Origin: Trichodelitschia bisporula
Lineage: Eukaryota
Reading direction: 5' to 3'
DNA: 64,000 nucleotides
Assembly (NCBI GenBank): GCA_010356995.1
Contig: ML996692.1
Span: forward strand, 321,933-385,932
The position numbers and the translations under genes were made by a program. Under the pieces are notes generated by a model, which worked only from the letters and a program-made list of their open reading frames with translations, did no database searches and was not told the DNA's origin. Shown here in pieces: positions 1 through 12,053 of this stretch. How positions within the stretch are numbered: position 1 is the stretch's first letter; every line of letters starts with the position of its first letter.

Positions 1-1426
1 CCCCATCCACACCAAAGATGCCACCCCATCGGAGAAGAAGTTCGGCAAAGCGCTTCGGGACGACTTCCTCTTCGCCCCGACCTTCAAGAACCTAAACCAT
101 GGTACTCCCCTCCCCCCTCCTCACCCCCCTATCTAACCCTCAGGCTCCTTCGGCACCTACCCCGCGCCCGTCCGCACCGTCCTGCACTCCTTCCAATCCG
201 CCGCCGAATCCCGCCCCGACCCCTTCATCCGCTACACCTACAAAGAAGCGCTCGACTCCTCCCGCGCCGCCCTAGCAACCACCTTCAACGCCCCTGTCGA
301 GTCCCTCGTCTTCGTCCCCAACGCGAGCACAGGCGTCAACACCGTGTTGCGCAACCTGGTTTTCGCCCCTGGGGACGCGGTCGTGTATTTTAGCACCATA
401 TACGGCGCGTGCGAAAAGGCCGTGCTGTACATTGCGGAGACAACGCCCGCCAAGGCTGTACGGATTGAGTACACGCAGCCCGTGGAGGATGCATGGCTCG
501 TCGATGCCTTGCGCAACGCGGTGCGCGACGTCGAGGCCGAAGGCGGGAAAGTGCGCGTCGCGATTTTCGATACAATTACCAGTATGCCCGGCGTGCGGAT
601 GCCGTTCGAAGACCTCATCGCCACATGCCGCTCACTCGGCGTCTTGAGCCTCGTAGACGCAGCGCACGGCGCGGGGCAAATCCCACTCGATCTCGGGAAG
701 CTGGACCCGGATTTCCTGGTCAGCAATTGCCATAAGTGGATGTTTGTCCCGCGCGGCTGCGCGCTGTTTTACGTCCCTGTAAGGAATCAGCATCTTATGC
801 GGTCGACGCTGCCGACGTCGCATGGGTTTGAGCCGGCGCCGCGGTATGTCCCGCGCGTATGCTACGTCGCTTCTCTGGCTAACTGGGTTAGGGAGGGCGT
901 GGCTGCCCCGAAGAATCCCCTTCCGAAGTCGAGTAAATCGACCTTTGTGACGAATTTCGAGTTCGTGGGCACGATTGATAATGCGCCATACCTGTGTGTG
1001 CCGGCTGCGCTGAAGTACCGCGCAGAGCTCGGCGGTGAAGACGCTATATATGCCTATTTGGAGAAATTAGCGAGGGAGGGCGGGGCGCTGGTTGCGAAGG
1101 AGCTGGGCACGGAGGTGCTGGAAAATAAGGCGGGGACGCTGCAGCGGTGCGCGTTTGCGAATGTAAGGCTGCCGCTAGCGCGGGCGGATGTAGAGAAGTG
1201 GGCGGAGAAGGGGAACGAACCGGGGGTTGAGATAAGGGTTATTGGGCATTTGGAACGGCGAGCGATGGATGAGTTTGATACGTTCTTTGCCATTTGCTGG
1301 TATGCGGGCGCTTGGTGGGTTAGACTGAGCGCGCAGGTGTACCTCGATATCGCAGATTTTGAGTGGGCGGCGAGTGTATTGAAGACGCTGTGTGGGGGGT
1401 TGGGAGAGTTGGAGGGTTTGGAGTAG
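1..1426 (+). CDS. egt2: PLP-dependent class-V aminotransferase / hercynylcysteine sulfoxide lyase (Egt2/LolT-like), 5'-partial
   Basis: Spliced read gives FGKALRDDFLFAPTFKNLNHG|SFGTYP, later VDAAHGAG and DFLVSNCHKWMFVPRG (PLP Lys). Introns 102-143 and 844-891 (GT..CTAAC..AG). The frame is open to the window edge, so the ATG lies upstream. Confidence 0.8.
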
Positions 1427-2395
1427 ATGGGAGGCTTTTGGGTTTCGTGGCTGGTTAGTGGAGAATACGGTATACGGTATTCGTTGAGACGAGGCTGACA
1501 TTACATCTCGCGATCGCGATATCGGTGGCTCGTGTTCGTGCATGTGGCTTGCCCTACCCCAGCCCCACAACGCTTCAACGGCACAAGCCTCGCACAAGCA
1601 TTCTGGCGCCGGGAACTAGCCCTCGTGTGGAGCATCGTCACACGTCTCGATCCCTATCTTGAGTCCATTGTTACCCCATCTCATCCCTAATCTCATCTCG
1701 TATCCCAACGCCATCACCATCACCATGACGAAACTCAAAAAGACGGCAAGAAAACGAATATGAAATGGCGATACCCCGTCCTCCACCACCCCATTAACCT
1801 AAACCTTGTTCTGCAAGCGGGCTTGGCCTACACCAGCGGCGCGCCCGCCCCACAGCGCCTCGGCAACGTCTCCACGCACGACAGGGGCTCCAACGTTCAA
1901 GTCATCGATAACTTCCCCGCATTACCGCATCACCGCATCCCGCGATCGACACTCACGTGCTGCTTTGTGGGACACTGCTCGCATGCGAAGCACGGGATAG
2001 GGATAGGGTGTCCTCGAACCGGGCAAACGGAGCATGGGAGTCGTCACCGGGATCGAGCTTGAATGCGAAAGGAGGGGGGATCGGCGCGGTGCCGGTAGAG
2101 GGCGCACGGCACGGATGGGGGCTATAAAGAAGGCGAAGTTCGTGCGCCTGCGGGGACTGTATTTTACGGTTTTACGGTTTTTGAGGAGAGCTGGAATCGC
2201 TGTGCGCCCTCCTGTCCCCTGAACTTGCTGCATTGCGCTGTTGCACACAAGCGGGTTGGGCCTGTTTCTGCATATTGCACGTCTAGCTGGTAGTACCGTC
2301 TGTGCCCTGCGGCTGATATAGGCGTCTGTGCGGCGGTTGACCGGTGCGATCTGGGAAAACATCTCGCGCGCGCATCTCGCTGAGTTCGAGCGATC

Positions 2396-4135
2396 ATGGC
2401 CGAACGAACGACTCCTCCGGGCGGTGAGAAAGGCCTCGAGCCCACGCCCTCCTACTCCGCTCAAACCGACACTTACAACCACAATACCAAACCCATGCGC
2501 GGGCGCGACTCGCCCGACGAGCACCTCAGCATCGGCGCCTACATCGCAACACGCCTGCCGCGGCTCCTCCCCACGCTGGACCCCGCGCCCAACCCCTTCG
2601 CGCTCCTCGCTCTCCTCAACACACAGCAATGGCTCGCCTTCCTAGTCGCCTTCCTAGCGTGGAGCTGGGACGCCTTCGATTTCTTCACCGTATCCCTAAC
2701 AGTCGACGATCTAGCCAAAGACTTCGGGAAAAGTAACAAGGACATCACGTGGGGCATTACGCTGGTACTCATGCTGCGCTCCGTCGGTAGCATAGTCTTC
2801 GGCGTGGCGGCGGATCGGTGGGGGAGGAAATGTAGGCGCCCCTCCTCTCTCTATATCTTCTTCCCTTAAAGCTCGTTCCTGACCTAGACAGGGCCCTTCG
2901 TCGCCAACAACATCCTCTTCATCATTCTCGAATTGGGTACGGGGTTCTGCAAAACATACAAGCAGTTCCTAGCCGTGCGCGCCCTCTTCGGCATAGCCAT
3001 GGGCGGCCTTTACGGCAACGCCGCCGCCACCGCGCTCGAGGACTGCCCCCCCGCCGCGCGCGGCCTCGTGTCCGGAATGCTGCAGCAGGGGTATGCATTC
3101 GGATACCTCCTTGCCACGGCGTTTGCGCGCGCGCTCGTCAACACTACCTCCCACGGCTGGCGCCCGCTTTTCTGGTTCGGCGCCGGACCGCCAGTGCTGA
3201 TTATTGCGTTTAGGCTGTGTTTGCCGGAGACGCAGGCGTATCAGGAGAGGGAGAGGGTGAGGAAGGCGGGGCTTGCTGCCGGGAGGAAGAGTATTGGAAG
3301 TACGTTTGTGGAGGAGGGGAAGGTTGCGCTGAGGAGGCATTGGTTGTTGTTGATTTATATGGTGCTGTTGATGGCGGGGTTTAACTTCATGGTACGCCCC
3401 CCCCCCCTTTTCCCTCCCTTCCAACTCCCCTCGCTCGCTCGCTAACTCGCCGCCCAGTCCCACGGCTCGCAAGACCTCTACCCCACCATGCTCAAGAATC
3501 AATACTCCTTCTCCGCCAACGCCGTCACGGTGACGCAGGTCGTCGCCAATCTCGGCGCCATGACGGGCGGCACGGTCGTCGGGTACGCATCGCAAATCTT
3601 CGGCCGCCGGTTCACTATCGTGTTCATCAGCATCGTGGGCGGCGCTTTACTCTACCCCTACACCTACGTATCCAGCCACGCCATCATCGCCGCCGCCTTC
3701 TTCGAGCAATTCTGCGTGCAAGGGGCGTGGGGCGTTATTCCGATCCACCTCATGGAACTATCACCAGGCGGTTTCAGGACCTTCGTCGTGGGGACGAGTT
3801 ATCAGCTCGGAAACTTGGTGAGCAGTGCGAGTAGCACCATTGAGGCGACGATTGGGGAGGGGTTCCCGTTGCCGCCGAAGAAGGGGGTGAAGAGGTATCA
3901 GTACGGGAAGGTTATTTGCATTTTTATGGGGGCGGTGTATGCGTATACGATTTTGTTGACGGTGGTGGGGCCGGAGTATCGGGGGAGGACGTTTGAGGCT
4001 GGCGAGGATAAGGATTTGGAGGAGGCGGTGGGGCATGATGCTATTGAGCAGGCGCTGCACAGGGAGCGGCAGCGCGATCTGGAACGGGAGACGGAGGGGG
4101 AAAAGGAGGGGGAGGGGCGCGTGGAAAAGGTTTAG
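2396..4135 (+). CDS. JEN1: Carboxylic acid (lactate/pyruvate):H+ symporter, MFS
   Basis: Motifs WSWDAFDFF, ADRWGRK|WPF, GIAMGGLYGNAAATALED, NFM|SHGSQDLYPT, QGAWGVIPIHL. Introns 2832-2891 and 3392-3457 join three ORFs. Confidence 0.92.
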
Positions 4136-4275
4136 CTGGCTTGGAATATCTACGGGACGGGTATCGATGGGTTAGGATGTAACGAGATACTGGCTAATGG
4201 TACTGGGCATGACGCACGCGACCGGGTCGCCAACGAGTTTTGAAGACCGCTCCGCTAGTGCTGTAGCCTCGCTAC

Positions 4276-5613
4276 CTAAAACGTAGCATCCAAATCCCGA
4301 TTCCTCTGCACAAGACTCGGACTATCCTCCTCCCCAAACTCACTAATATCCCCCCCAGCAGTAAGCAACAAATCCTCCACAATCCTTCTACTCGCCTCCG
4401 GCGCCGGCGTCCGCAGCACCCGCGCCTCAGGTAACTCAAACGCAATCGTCCTCGGCGGGCTCATCCCCAACAACCCATCCTCATCCTCATCCTCATCATC
4501 GCTCTCCCAAAGCCTCGTCCGCGTGTACCCCGCCGTCGCCGTCTCCGCCTTAGCCCCCGTCCCCCACCGCCCCCTCCCGGGCGTCTGCACACTAACACCG
4601 GGCGTCCGCGGCGCGCGAACGGGGGACGAAAAGATCTCAGCCCTAAGCCGCGGGGCCGATTCCTCCGGCGAACTCGAAAGCGTCTCGTCGTCCCAGCGAC
4701 TCTTCGTGCGGTTCGCTGTTCCAGGCGTAGCCACCGCCGCCGGTGCCCGACCCAGCGTCTTGCGCGCCGTGTGCGGCGTCGCGGCGACGCGGTATGTTTT
4801 GCTCAATATGCCCTGGTGCAGGATCGTGTCGCGGTTTTTGAGTGCCGAGGCGGAGGCGATGCCGGAGGGCGTGGGGAGGGGCGACGACATGCTCATGTCT
4901 GGCAGGCCGGGGGCGCCGGGTGTGGAGGGCTCGGGTTTTGGGGGGGGGGCGCCGGTTAGTTCGCTCCGCAGGGATTCGTAGGGCGAGCCGTAGGCGGCGA
5001 AGGAGGGTGCTTGGTGATGGTGTGAGAGGAGGTTCTTGCGAGGCGGCATGCGGGGTGTTGAGTGCGTGTCTGGTGGGGGGGAGGAGAGGAGGGTGTCTGC
5101 TAGGTCGTTTACTGCTGAGGAGTGCTCCGCATCGTGGTCGCGGAAGAGGGCCGTGGTAGTGGGTTCCTTAGCCGGGGAGGAAAGGGTGTTAGACAGCGCG
5201 GTGGGATCGTAAGCCTCGCCTGCGGTATCGTCATGCGAAGTCGCAGTGTCGTCGACAGCGGCTTCTTCATACCCAGACAGCGAGACATTGGCACTAGCCT
5301 CGAAGAACTGTTTCCAGAACTTGGAGCCGGACCAGACTGCTTCGCTGTGCTTGGCGTATTGTTCGACGACGGGGAGGATGGACGTTGTTACGATGCGGTG
5401 GGCGCGGCTGAAGTTGTGGTCGATTTCTATGGGAGGGTTAGTTGGGGGTGGGTGGGTTGGTGGGCGGGGGGAATTGCGGGGAGGGAAGGGGGATTGTGGG
5501 GAGGGAATTTTGGGGGGAGACGGACCTTGCAGTGTGAGCGTGATAGATTGCTCGAGCTTTTCGAGTTCTTCGGGAAGGGTTAGGGTGCGGGCGGTGGTGC
5601 TGGGTGGTGCCAT
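4276..5613 (-). CDS. ASK1: DASH/Dam1 complex subunit Ask1
   Basis: EELEKLEQSITLTLQ|EIDHNFSRAHRIVTTSILP...SKFWKQFFEASANVSLSGYEE. In-frame intron 5427-5525. ATG at 5613. Confidence 0.92.
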   Translation of the reverse strand: MAPPSTTARTLTLPEELEKLEQSITLTLQGPSPPKIPSPQSPFPPRNSPRPPTHPPPTNPPIEIDHNFSRAHRIVTTSILPVVEQYAKHSEAVWSGSKFWKQFFEASANVSLSGYEEAAVDDTATSHDDTAGEAYDPTALSNTLSSPAKEPTTTALFRDHDAEHSSAVNDLADTLLSSPPPDTHSTPRMPPRKNLLSHHHQAPSFAAYGSPYESLRSELTGAPPPKPEPSTPGAPGLPDMSMSSPLPTPSGIASASALKNRDTILHQGILSKTYRVAATPHTARKTLGRAPAAVATPGTANRTKSRWDDETLSSSPEESAPRLRAEIFSSPVRAPRTPGVSVQTPGRGRWGTGAKAETATAGYTRTRLWESDDEDEDEDGLLGMSPPRTIAFELPEARVLRTPAPEASRRIVEDLLLTAGGDISEFGEEDSPSLVQRNRDLDATF

Positions 5614-6247
5614 GGTGGTGGTGTTTTGGGGGGTTCGCGATGTTTTGGGGTGGTGGTGAGTGTTGGGGGAAGTGGGAGTCAGGTGATTGCGCGTTGGTGG
5701 GTTGGCCAATGGCGGGTAGTTGCGGGGAGCTTAAAAAGTCCACACCACGACAGAACTGAGGATCGAAATTTGGACAACAGGACAAGTGTTTGAAGAGCAA
5801 AGCGAATAGAAGGTCACAGGAATCTTACGATATCAGCCACTCTATGGAGCTTATTGCCCAGGGATACCTGTCCAGTCTTCTCAGCATAGCGAAGGTTTCG
5901 AACACAACAGAGCGCAAACGATTGACGCAAACGAAGCAACAGAGATTTTTCCTGAAGGTAACGCCTCCCATCCGAAATAAGCGCAATGGCGCAACTGAGG
6001 CACGGTACCATAGCTCCAGCACCAACTAATGACCGAACCCGAAACCATCCTTCTTACCAGTCCGCACTTGACGATAGCTCCTGTGATTATGCTTTCTAGC
6101 ATCATCACAGGAGCTATCGTCAAGTGGAGGAATCTGAGATAGGGGAGATGTTCCAGCCAATATTGTATCCAGCCAAACCGCAGCCAACCCACAAAGATAC
6201 CCATATCATCAGCCATAAATCCATCACATAAACCCTTCAATCCCCAA

Positions 6248-8199
6248 CTAATAGACCTGCAGCACCGCCGAAGCCAGCGCACGATCCACATTCCCCTTCC
6301 GAAACCCCGGCGCACGACCCAAACATATCGCCGAGCGAATGAGTTCTTCCCCGTCAGCTGCATCCAACAAACCAAGCGAACAGAAAACTCACCATCAATA
6401 AACCGGCTCACATCAATCGTAATCTTCCTCATATCACTCCTCTGACTCCGCCTTCCCCTACTCTCCCCCCCACTCATACTCCCACTCCTCGCACTCCCGC
6501 CATCCCCCCCAACCTCATCCCGCATATCCCACCCCGCCGCCGGCTGGATGTACATCCACCCACTGCCCAAGAAATCCGGCGTCCGCTCGCCGCTCCCCAG
6601 CAGCCACGCCGCAGCCGACTGGTCAACCTCGGCCGCGCTCCGCCGCTCCAAATCCGCGAGCTCAGGGAACAAGCGCGCGACGCTCAGCTCCGTCGTCGTA
6701 TCCATAGCCTCCGTCGACAGTAACGGGCTCCCAGACAACGCGCTCGCACTCCGCTCGCTCGCCGTCTGGCCAATCGGCTCGACGGGGCTATGCATATACT
6801 CCCTTAACTGTTCCGCAAAATCGTAGCCGACCGTCGCATCCGCGAATAGCGCTTGCGGGTCCAGGACCACGCCGCGCTCCTCCAGATAACCCTCGACATC
6901 GTTCGCGTCGAACCATTGCCCCGCGTACTCCGCGAGATCGAGATCGATATCCACCGCCACGCCCTCCTGATCAGTGCTCTCGAGGCGTGCGCGCGTGATC
7001 ACGGGCCCCGGGGCGACGGTGTACCCGTTGTGCACGCGCCCCTTGGCGTAGTGCAGCCCCGCGCCGCCGAGGTGGATGAACGGCGTGTTGAGCACCTCGA
7101 GCGGGTCATTCGTGGAGCGCGTCAGGAGGGAGCGGAACTTGGCGAGGAGGGTTTCGCGCGTGTGGTACAGCAGTGAGAGGCGAAAAACTTGCGCAAAGGT
7201 CTGTGGGCGCAGATCTGACGTCGAGAGTAGGTGGAAACCGCGTTCCAGTGCCGCACGCTGCAGTCGGCGCGCGAATGAGATCTCCTGGAAGGAGTATGTG
7301 TATGGCGCGGCGGGGGCGAGCACCTTGGGCGATGGGACCGTGAAGCCCACGTGCTGGGGGAAGTGCGCCATGGGGACTACGAGCCCGGCGGAGATGGTTC
7401 CGCTGCCCCCGGACGCGGTGCTTGGGTACACCGGGTAGTCCAGCATAGGCACATCCATAGGCACGTCATACGAGTACCCTGATGTCTGGGCGTAAGAGGC
7501 TGTGTGCACGGCGTCGTCCATGGAAGCCTTGGCATGGCGGGGCTGGGGCGAGACCGGCTCCATGATCTGCACGTAGCCGAGGCCGATATCTCGGGTTTGC
7601 GGCTGGGGAGCGGGGAGGGGAGGTGAGGGGGAGGATGAGCGCTGGGACGTGGACTGGGTGGCGGATTGGGAGGTAGACTGCGTACGCTGAGCGGCGCGGG
7701 ATTGCTTGGGCACCACGGGCTCGGGCTCGCCATCCTCAGACGCGGAGCCGTCCTCGTCATTCTGTGCCGATTGTTTAGCGAGCAGGATGAAGGATTCTGT
7801 TGCCGTCTTGAGATCGCGTGCGAGCTCGGGCCGGAGGCTGAGGATGCCGCTGGCCACGGCTCTATCGTTGAATTCGAGGAAGGTTTTGGTCATGGCGTCG
7901 ATGGTGGAATGGAGGGAAGAGACTTGTGTTTTTAGGCTGGTGATCGTTGTTTCTTTGCGCAGGCGGTAGGCTCGCTGGGCGAGCCGGATCTGTGTGCGGC
8001 GACGCTGGGAGCCATTAGATGGTGTTCACTGAGGGGAACTTGATGCTCGCGGATGAGTATCGTGAAGACTCACATCGGCCGCCGTCTCGTCCTGGCCCTC
8101 GACCCGGGGCCGCCCACGCTGCTTCTTACCCTCATCCTCCTTTCCCGCGCCCTGCGCAGCAGCAGTGCGCTGCCTCTTGCGGGAGGTTTCCGTCGGCAT
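6248..8199 (-). CDS. Fungal bZIP transcription factor
   Basis: KKQRGRPRVEGQDETAAD|RRRTQIRLAQRAYRLRKETTITSLK basic region and zipper; YSFQEISFARRLQR; C-terminal ICLGRAPGFR. Introns 8005-8073 and 6346-6392. Confidence 0.85.
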
Positions 8200-10544
8200 T
8201 ATGGATCAAAGCGGAGTACAAAGCGATCGCTGAACAAGAGGTCCTTCAACACTGGCACAATTTCACTAATTCTAATCCGCGAATACGGCGCCACGAGACA
8301 ACGATAAGCACTCCTATTCAGAGACGAAGCGAATTGCAACTATATGGAAAGGCGAGACGTCGTCTCTCGTGGTTTTCGTCCTGCGTCTGTACGGTAAGCA
8401 GCGCCCGCCGCGAGCGCCACCAGGTCCGTGCCACGCGACGCGGCCAATGGAGAGAATGAGAGGGGCGTGCGAGGTTGCAGGCGCGGGGTCGGAGGAACAC
8501 TGACCGCCAAGTGCTGAGTCTATTTGTGTAAGCAGCCCTACGAATGCGATTGACTTGATGGGGTGTGAGCTGCATTTACAGGATTCTAGTTCGAGGCCCG
8601 CAGCTGTTGAGCGGAGGGCGTGCATGGTGAGGGGTTACAGTAGGGACGAGCCGGGGAGGCTATTGGTCGTTGCGCGTGGATTACTGAACGCAGGTCAGCA
8701 ATGCACTCAAGGAGCTGGGGTAAGATGCAGCGACCCTGCGGCTAGTTCGCGTGAATGTGAGTATCTGAATGTCAAATACCTGGAGACGTTAAAGGTACGA
8801 TCGTCGTACTCTGGAGCGGTTGCGATCCGACCCTTACGACACATGGCGGTTGATGTCGGCAGACATTCAGGAATGCCCATTCCATACGTCGCCCTGAAAG
8901 CCGTGGCATATTCATCAACAGACTGGATCAATTTCTCGAGATACTCACGCGATACAGGCGCAATGGACTTGGCGACCGAGGGCCGCCGGTAAAGTCGAGG
9001 AAGATGCAGAGATACGAAGACTCAAGCGACCATTCCAGCGGTATGACGTCGTTGGTCCAGTTCATTCCTTTGCCATTGGCCTACATGATTGCGACATGAG
9101 TGAGCTTCTCCGTTGACCTCAGAGCTGAGTCTAGGCATCTGTGTTACATCAGCAGTCTTGCGACTCCCCAGGGCTTGAATGGCTCCATCTGTCAAAGATC
9201 GCGAACCAGAGTTCGGCCAGACTTTCTCCCGCTCGGCAGCTCTCGACGACTGTCATCGCTTTCACTCTAGCTGGACCAGGTCGTTTTGTCTCCTGATGAA
9301 ATGGTAAACCCCGAATATTCGGCCGAACTTTCACTGACCCTGCTGTAAAGGTGGCGATCGGGTTGAACGAGGTCCGTTTCGGAAAGGGCTGAAAGTCGTC
9401 GGTCCGTCAGAATGGCTGCATCTCAAGCTCCTCGACGTAGTCCAGAGAGGCTGAGCTTTGTTGGCGATGTGCGTAGTACCCACGGATCCTGCATCGGGTG
9501 ATGACGGCTCAGAAGACCGTGCAAGGCAGCATGCCTCGTAGAGCCCGGAGTAGGCTAAACCCGCAGGACGCAACTGGAAGCGGATGACCGATGTGCCTGG
9601 TTCACCAGCAGTATCGGTTTGTATATCCGTTTTGGACCGTGTGCTCTGCCGTCTCATGCGTGAAGATACCAGCAAGTCCACCTCACTCTAGGGCCTCTGA
9701 TGGAAGTAAAGAGCCTTGAGCTCCGCCAGCTCCGCTATACCCCAAATCTCGGCTTGAGTCTCATCGGGTCTAGCACCTCATCAGCTGTAGTCACCATGGC
9801 AATTTGCAGCAGCTCTCATACTCAAGGCACAATCCGCGGTAACATCTGGAGGTCAAGACTGGCGAGACGATACTTGGGGCCAGGCGTTGGACGTTGATAT
9901 GCAAGCATGAACGAGATATTGACTAATGCGGGTGGCAGCACCACGAAAAGATGCACATCTCAAGGTAGCGGGATCAAGTCTAGGATGCCATGGTGTCTGA
10001 AGATTCAGATCTTTATGCTCATTAAAGTAGAAGTCGCGACTGACGTCAGGGTGAAAGACATTCAACGGCGGGCCGACAATCCGCGAGCGGCCCTGATTGG
10101 ACCAGACACTGACCATGGTCGAAGTATGGGTCAGGTCCCACCCGTGAATATCGCCGATATCACCGAATGATTCGCGTTAGAAATTACTGACCGATATTTC
10201 GACATGATCGCGCCGGTAAGAAGACTCGCGGCTGCGTTAACCGTCGGAAAAGGAGGGGAAGAGGCTGGGTGTGGCATGGACGGGTGACGGGTAACAGTAT
10301 CTGGAGGCTAGATGCCAGGCTGCGATGAGGCTGACATATCTGCCGTGGCCTGGAGATGTTTCTTCGAGCCTCAAGGTATCAAGCAAGTTGGGACACACAC
10401 AAACACGGTAGGAAAGGTCAACGATGATGAGCTTTCACTGCCTTTCCAATTTACCATTAGCACCGACTAACCCGAAGCGATAGACCTCCGTCCGATCATC
10501 TCACGTGTGAGGCACCGATCCGTTTCCCGCGGCGTGCATCTCGT

Positions 10545-10895
10545 TCAGCAGCAGTACGGCTGATCGAAGCAAAACGGGCTACATGACCGTCAGTTTCCGC
10601 GTCTAAACTTTACGAAAAAACTCACCAGGGCTCGCGTTCCGAGCCGTCCATATTGAGGCACGTGTATGCCGAGCCGCCGTCGGGAGTGGGCTTGTTGTTG
10701 TAGTACCACTGGCACGGTAAGCAAGATGTGGCAAGAGAAAAGAACAAGGGAATGGAGAGAGGAGCGACGCACATGGCACCATCCGCACGCATACACATCG
10801 CAAGTCGTCTGCCTGGACTCGAGCACGCCAGGCGGGCCGGCGCTGACAACAGCCACAGAGGCGAGGAGGGCTAGAGCCGAGAGAATGAACTTCAT
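10545..10895 (-). CDS. Small secreted cysteine-rich protein (79 aa, 8 Cys), 3 exons
   Basis: Exons 10895-10773, 10708-10626 and 10578-10545 with canonical introns give MKFILSALALLASVAVVSAGPPGVLESRQTTCDVYACGWCHWYYNNKPTPDGGSAYTCLNMDGSEREPCPFCFDQPYCC*. Signal peptide, LESR propeptide end, upstream TATAAA. Confidence 0.8.
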
Positions 10896-11009
10896 GGTTG
10901 CGGGATCGTACGATTGCTGATCGAAGATGGATGTTGAGAATGGGTTGGGGATCTCAGCTGCGGGCCTGGTGATGCTCGTGCCCATCCCAACAGCGTGTCC
11001 GCGCGCCTC

Positions 11010-11016
11010 TTTATAT
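11010..11016 (-). promoter_or_regulatory. TATA box of the small secreted peptide gene
   Basis: ATATAAA on the minus strand, about 115 nt upstream of the ATG at 10895. Confidence 0.5.
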
Positions 11017-11824
11017 CCCACTCTACCTCCAAGCTCCCCACACCGGTCTGAAAGTAAGTGGACCCAGCATCGCGCACCAACCTTCTCGAACACGTTGCCA
11101 ACCGGCGTCGTACGTGCTGCGCGGTTTCCACCAAGAAGGTTTGTGTTAGAAGCAAGGGAGGAGGGTTGCAAGCCGATAGCTTGGGAGTGTACAGTGCAAG
11201 CAATACACCTAGAAACCGGGGGAAGAGCGGCTACTGGTGCTACATCGCGGGTTCCGGTGAGCTGAATCGTTCATCTCCATCTCGTGCTGAGAGCCTCCAG
11301 TTCCCAGATTACCCGCCTGTGTCGCGAGTCTATCCTCCATCTCCGGTGCCTTGAGCACCACTGTCGCGGACTCCGAACTCCCCGAGCATATTGTCGCGCC
11401 GGACGGGAGTGTGTGCGTGCCCAAGTTGTATTGACGATGAAGCTAGGCCATGCGGGGCAGCGGAGTGCGGAGATGTAACCCGACTGCTAGAGCCGGGCCT
11501 GGTTCGCCAGGAGCCATGTGGGTTGTGTGGGTGCAAAAACGGGCGGGAAGGTGCAGATACGGGGCGCTTGGGATGGAAAGAGCATTGTTGCTATTGTCTT
11601 TACGGTTTCGGATCACAGTTATCGCAAATGGTTGTTCCTTCCGCCAGACTCGGGCCAGACTCGGATGTGTGGCAAGAACGATGGGGATAGTTGTCCTACG
11701 GGGTTGGGAGATGAGGGCAAGATTGCGGCTTAAAACTGCGGGTTATAGAGCGGATGCGTGATGACAAATTTAATGAGAGATATATTGAAGGGAGAGCATC
11801 CTTAACTCGTCCATTTAACCTTAC

Positions 11825-11863
11825 TGTCGTTGTCGTTGTCGTGGTTGTGGTAGTAGTGTCGTG
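11825..11863. repeat. Degenerate GTN trinucleotide microsatellite
   Basis: tgtcgttgtcgttgtcgtggttgtggtagtagtgtcgtg upstream of the glycosylase gene. Confidence 0.6.
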
Positions 11864-12053
11864 AGTGTCTTCTGAAGTGGAGGCGATCTCAAGGCTGCCA
11901 CCACCCGCGCCGCCACCCCACCAGTCACCGACGACTTCGTATCCCGCCGTACTCCAACCTACCCGCAACTCCCACACCACGTATGTGCTCACAAACACCA
12001 TCACCAGCCTGACCATCTCCGGGCCTTGAAGTCCCACGTCACACTCTTTCAAA

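Noticed and set aside
8700..10200. Possible decayed coding sequence on the minus strand
   Set aside because: Only short S/D/E-rich fragments; no motif or consistent splice structure that I can support.
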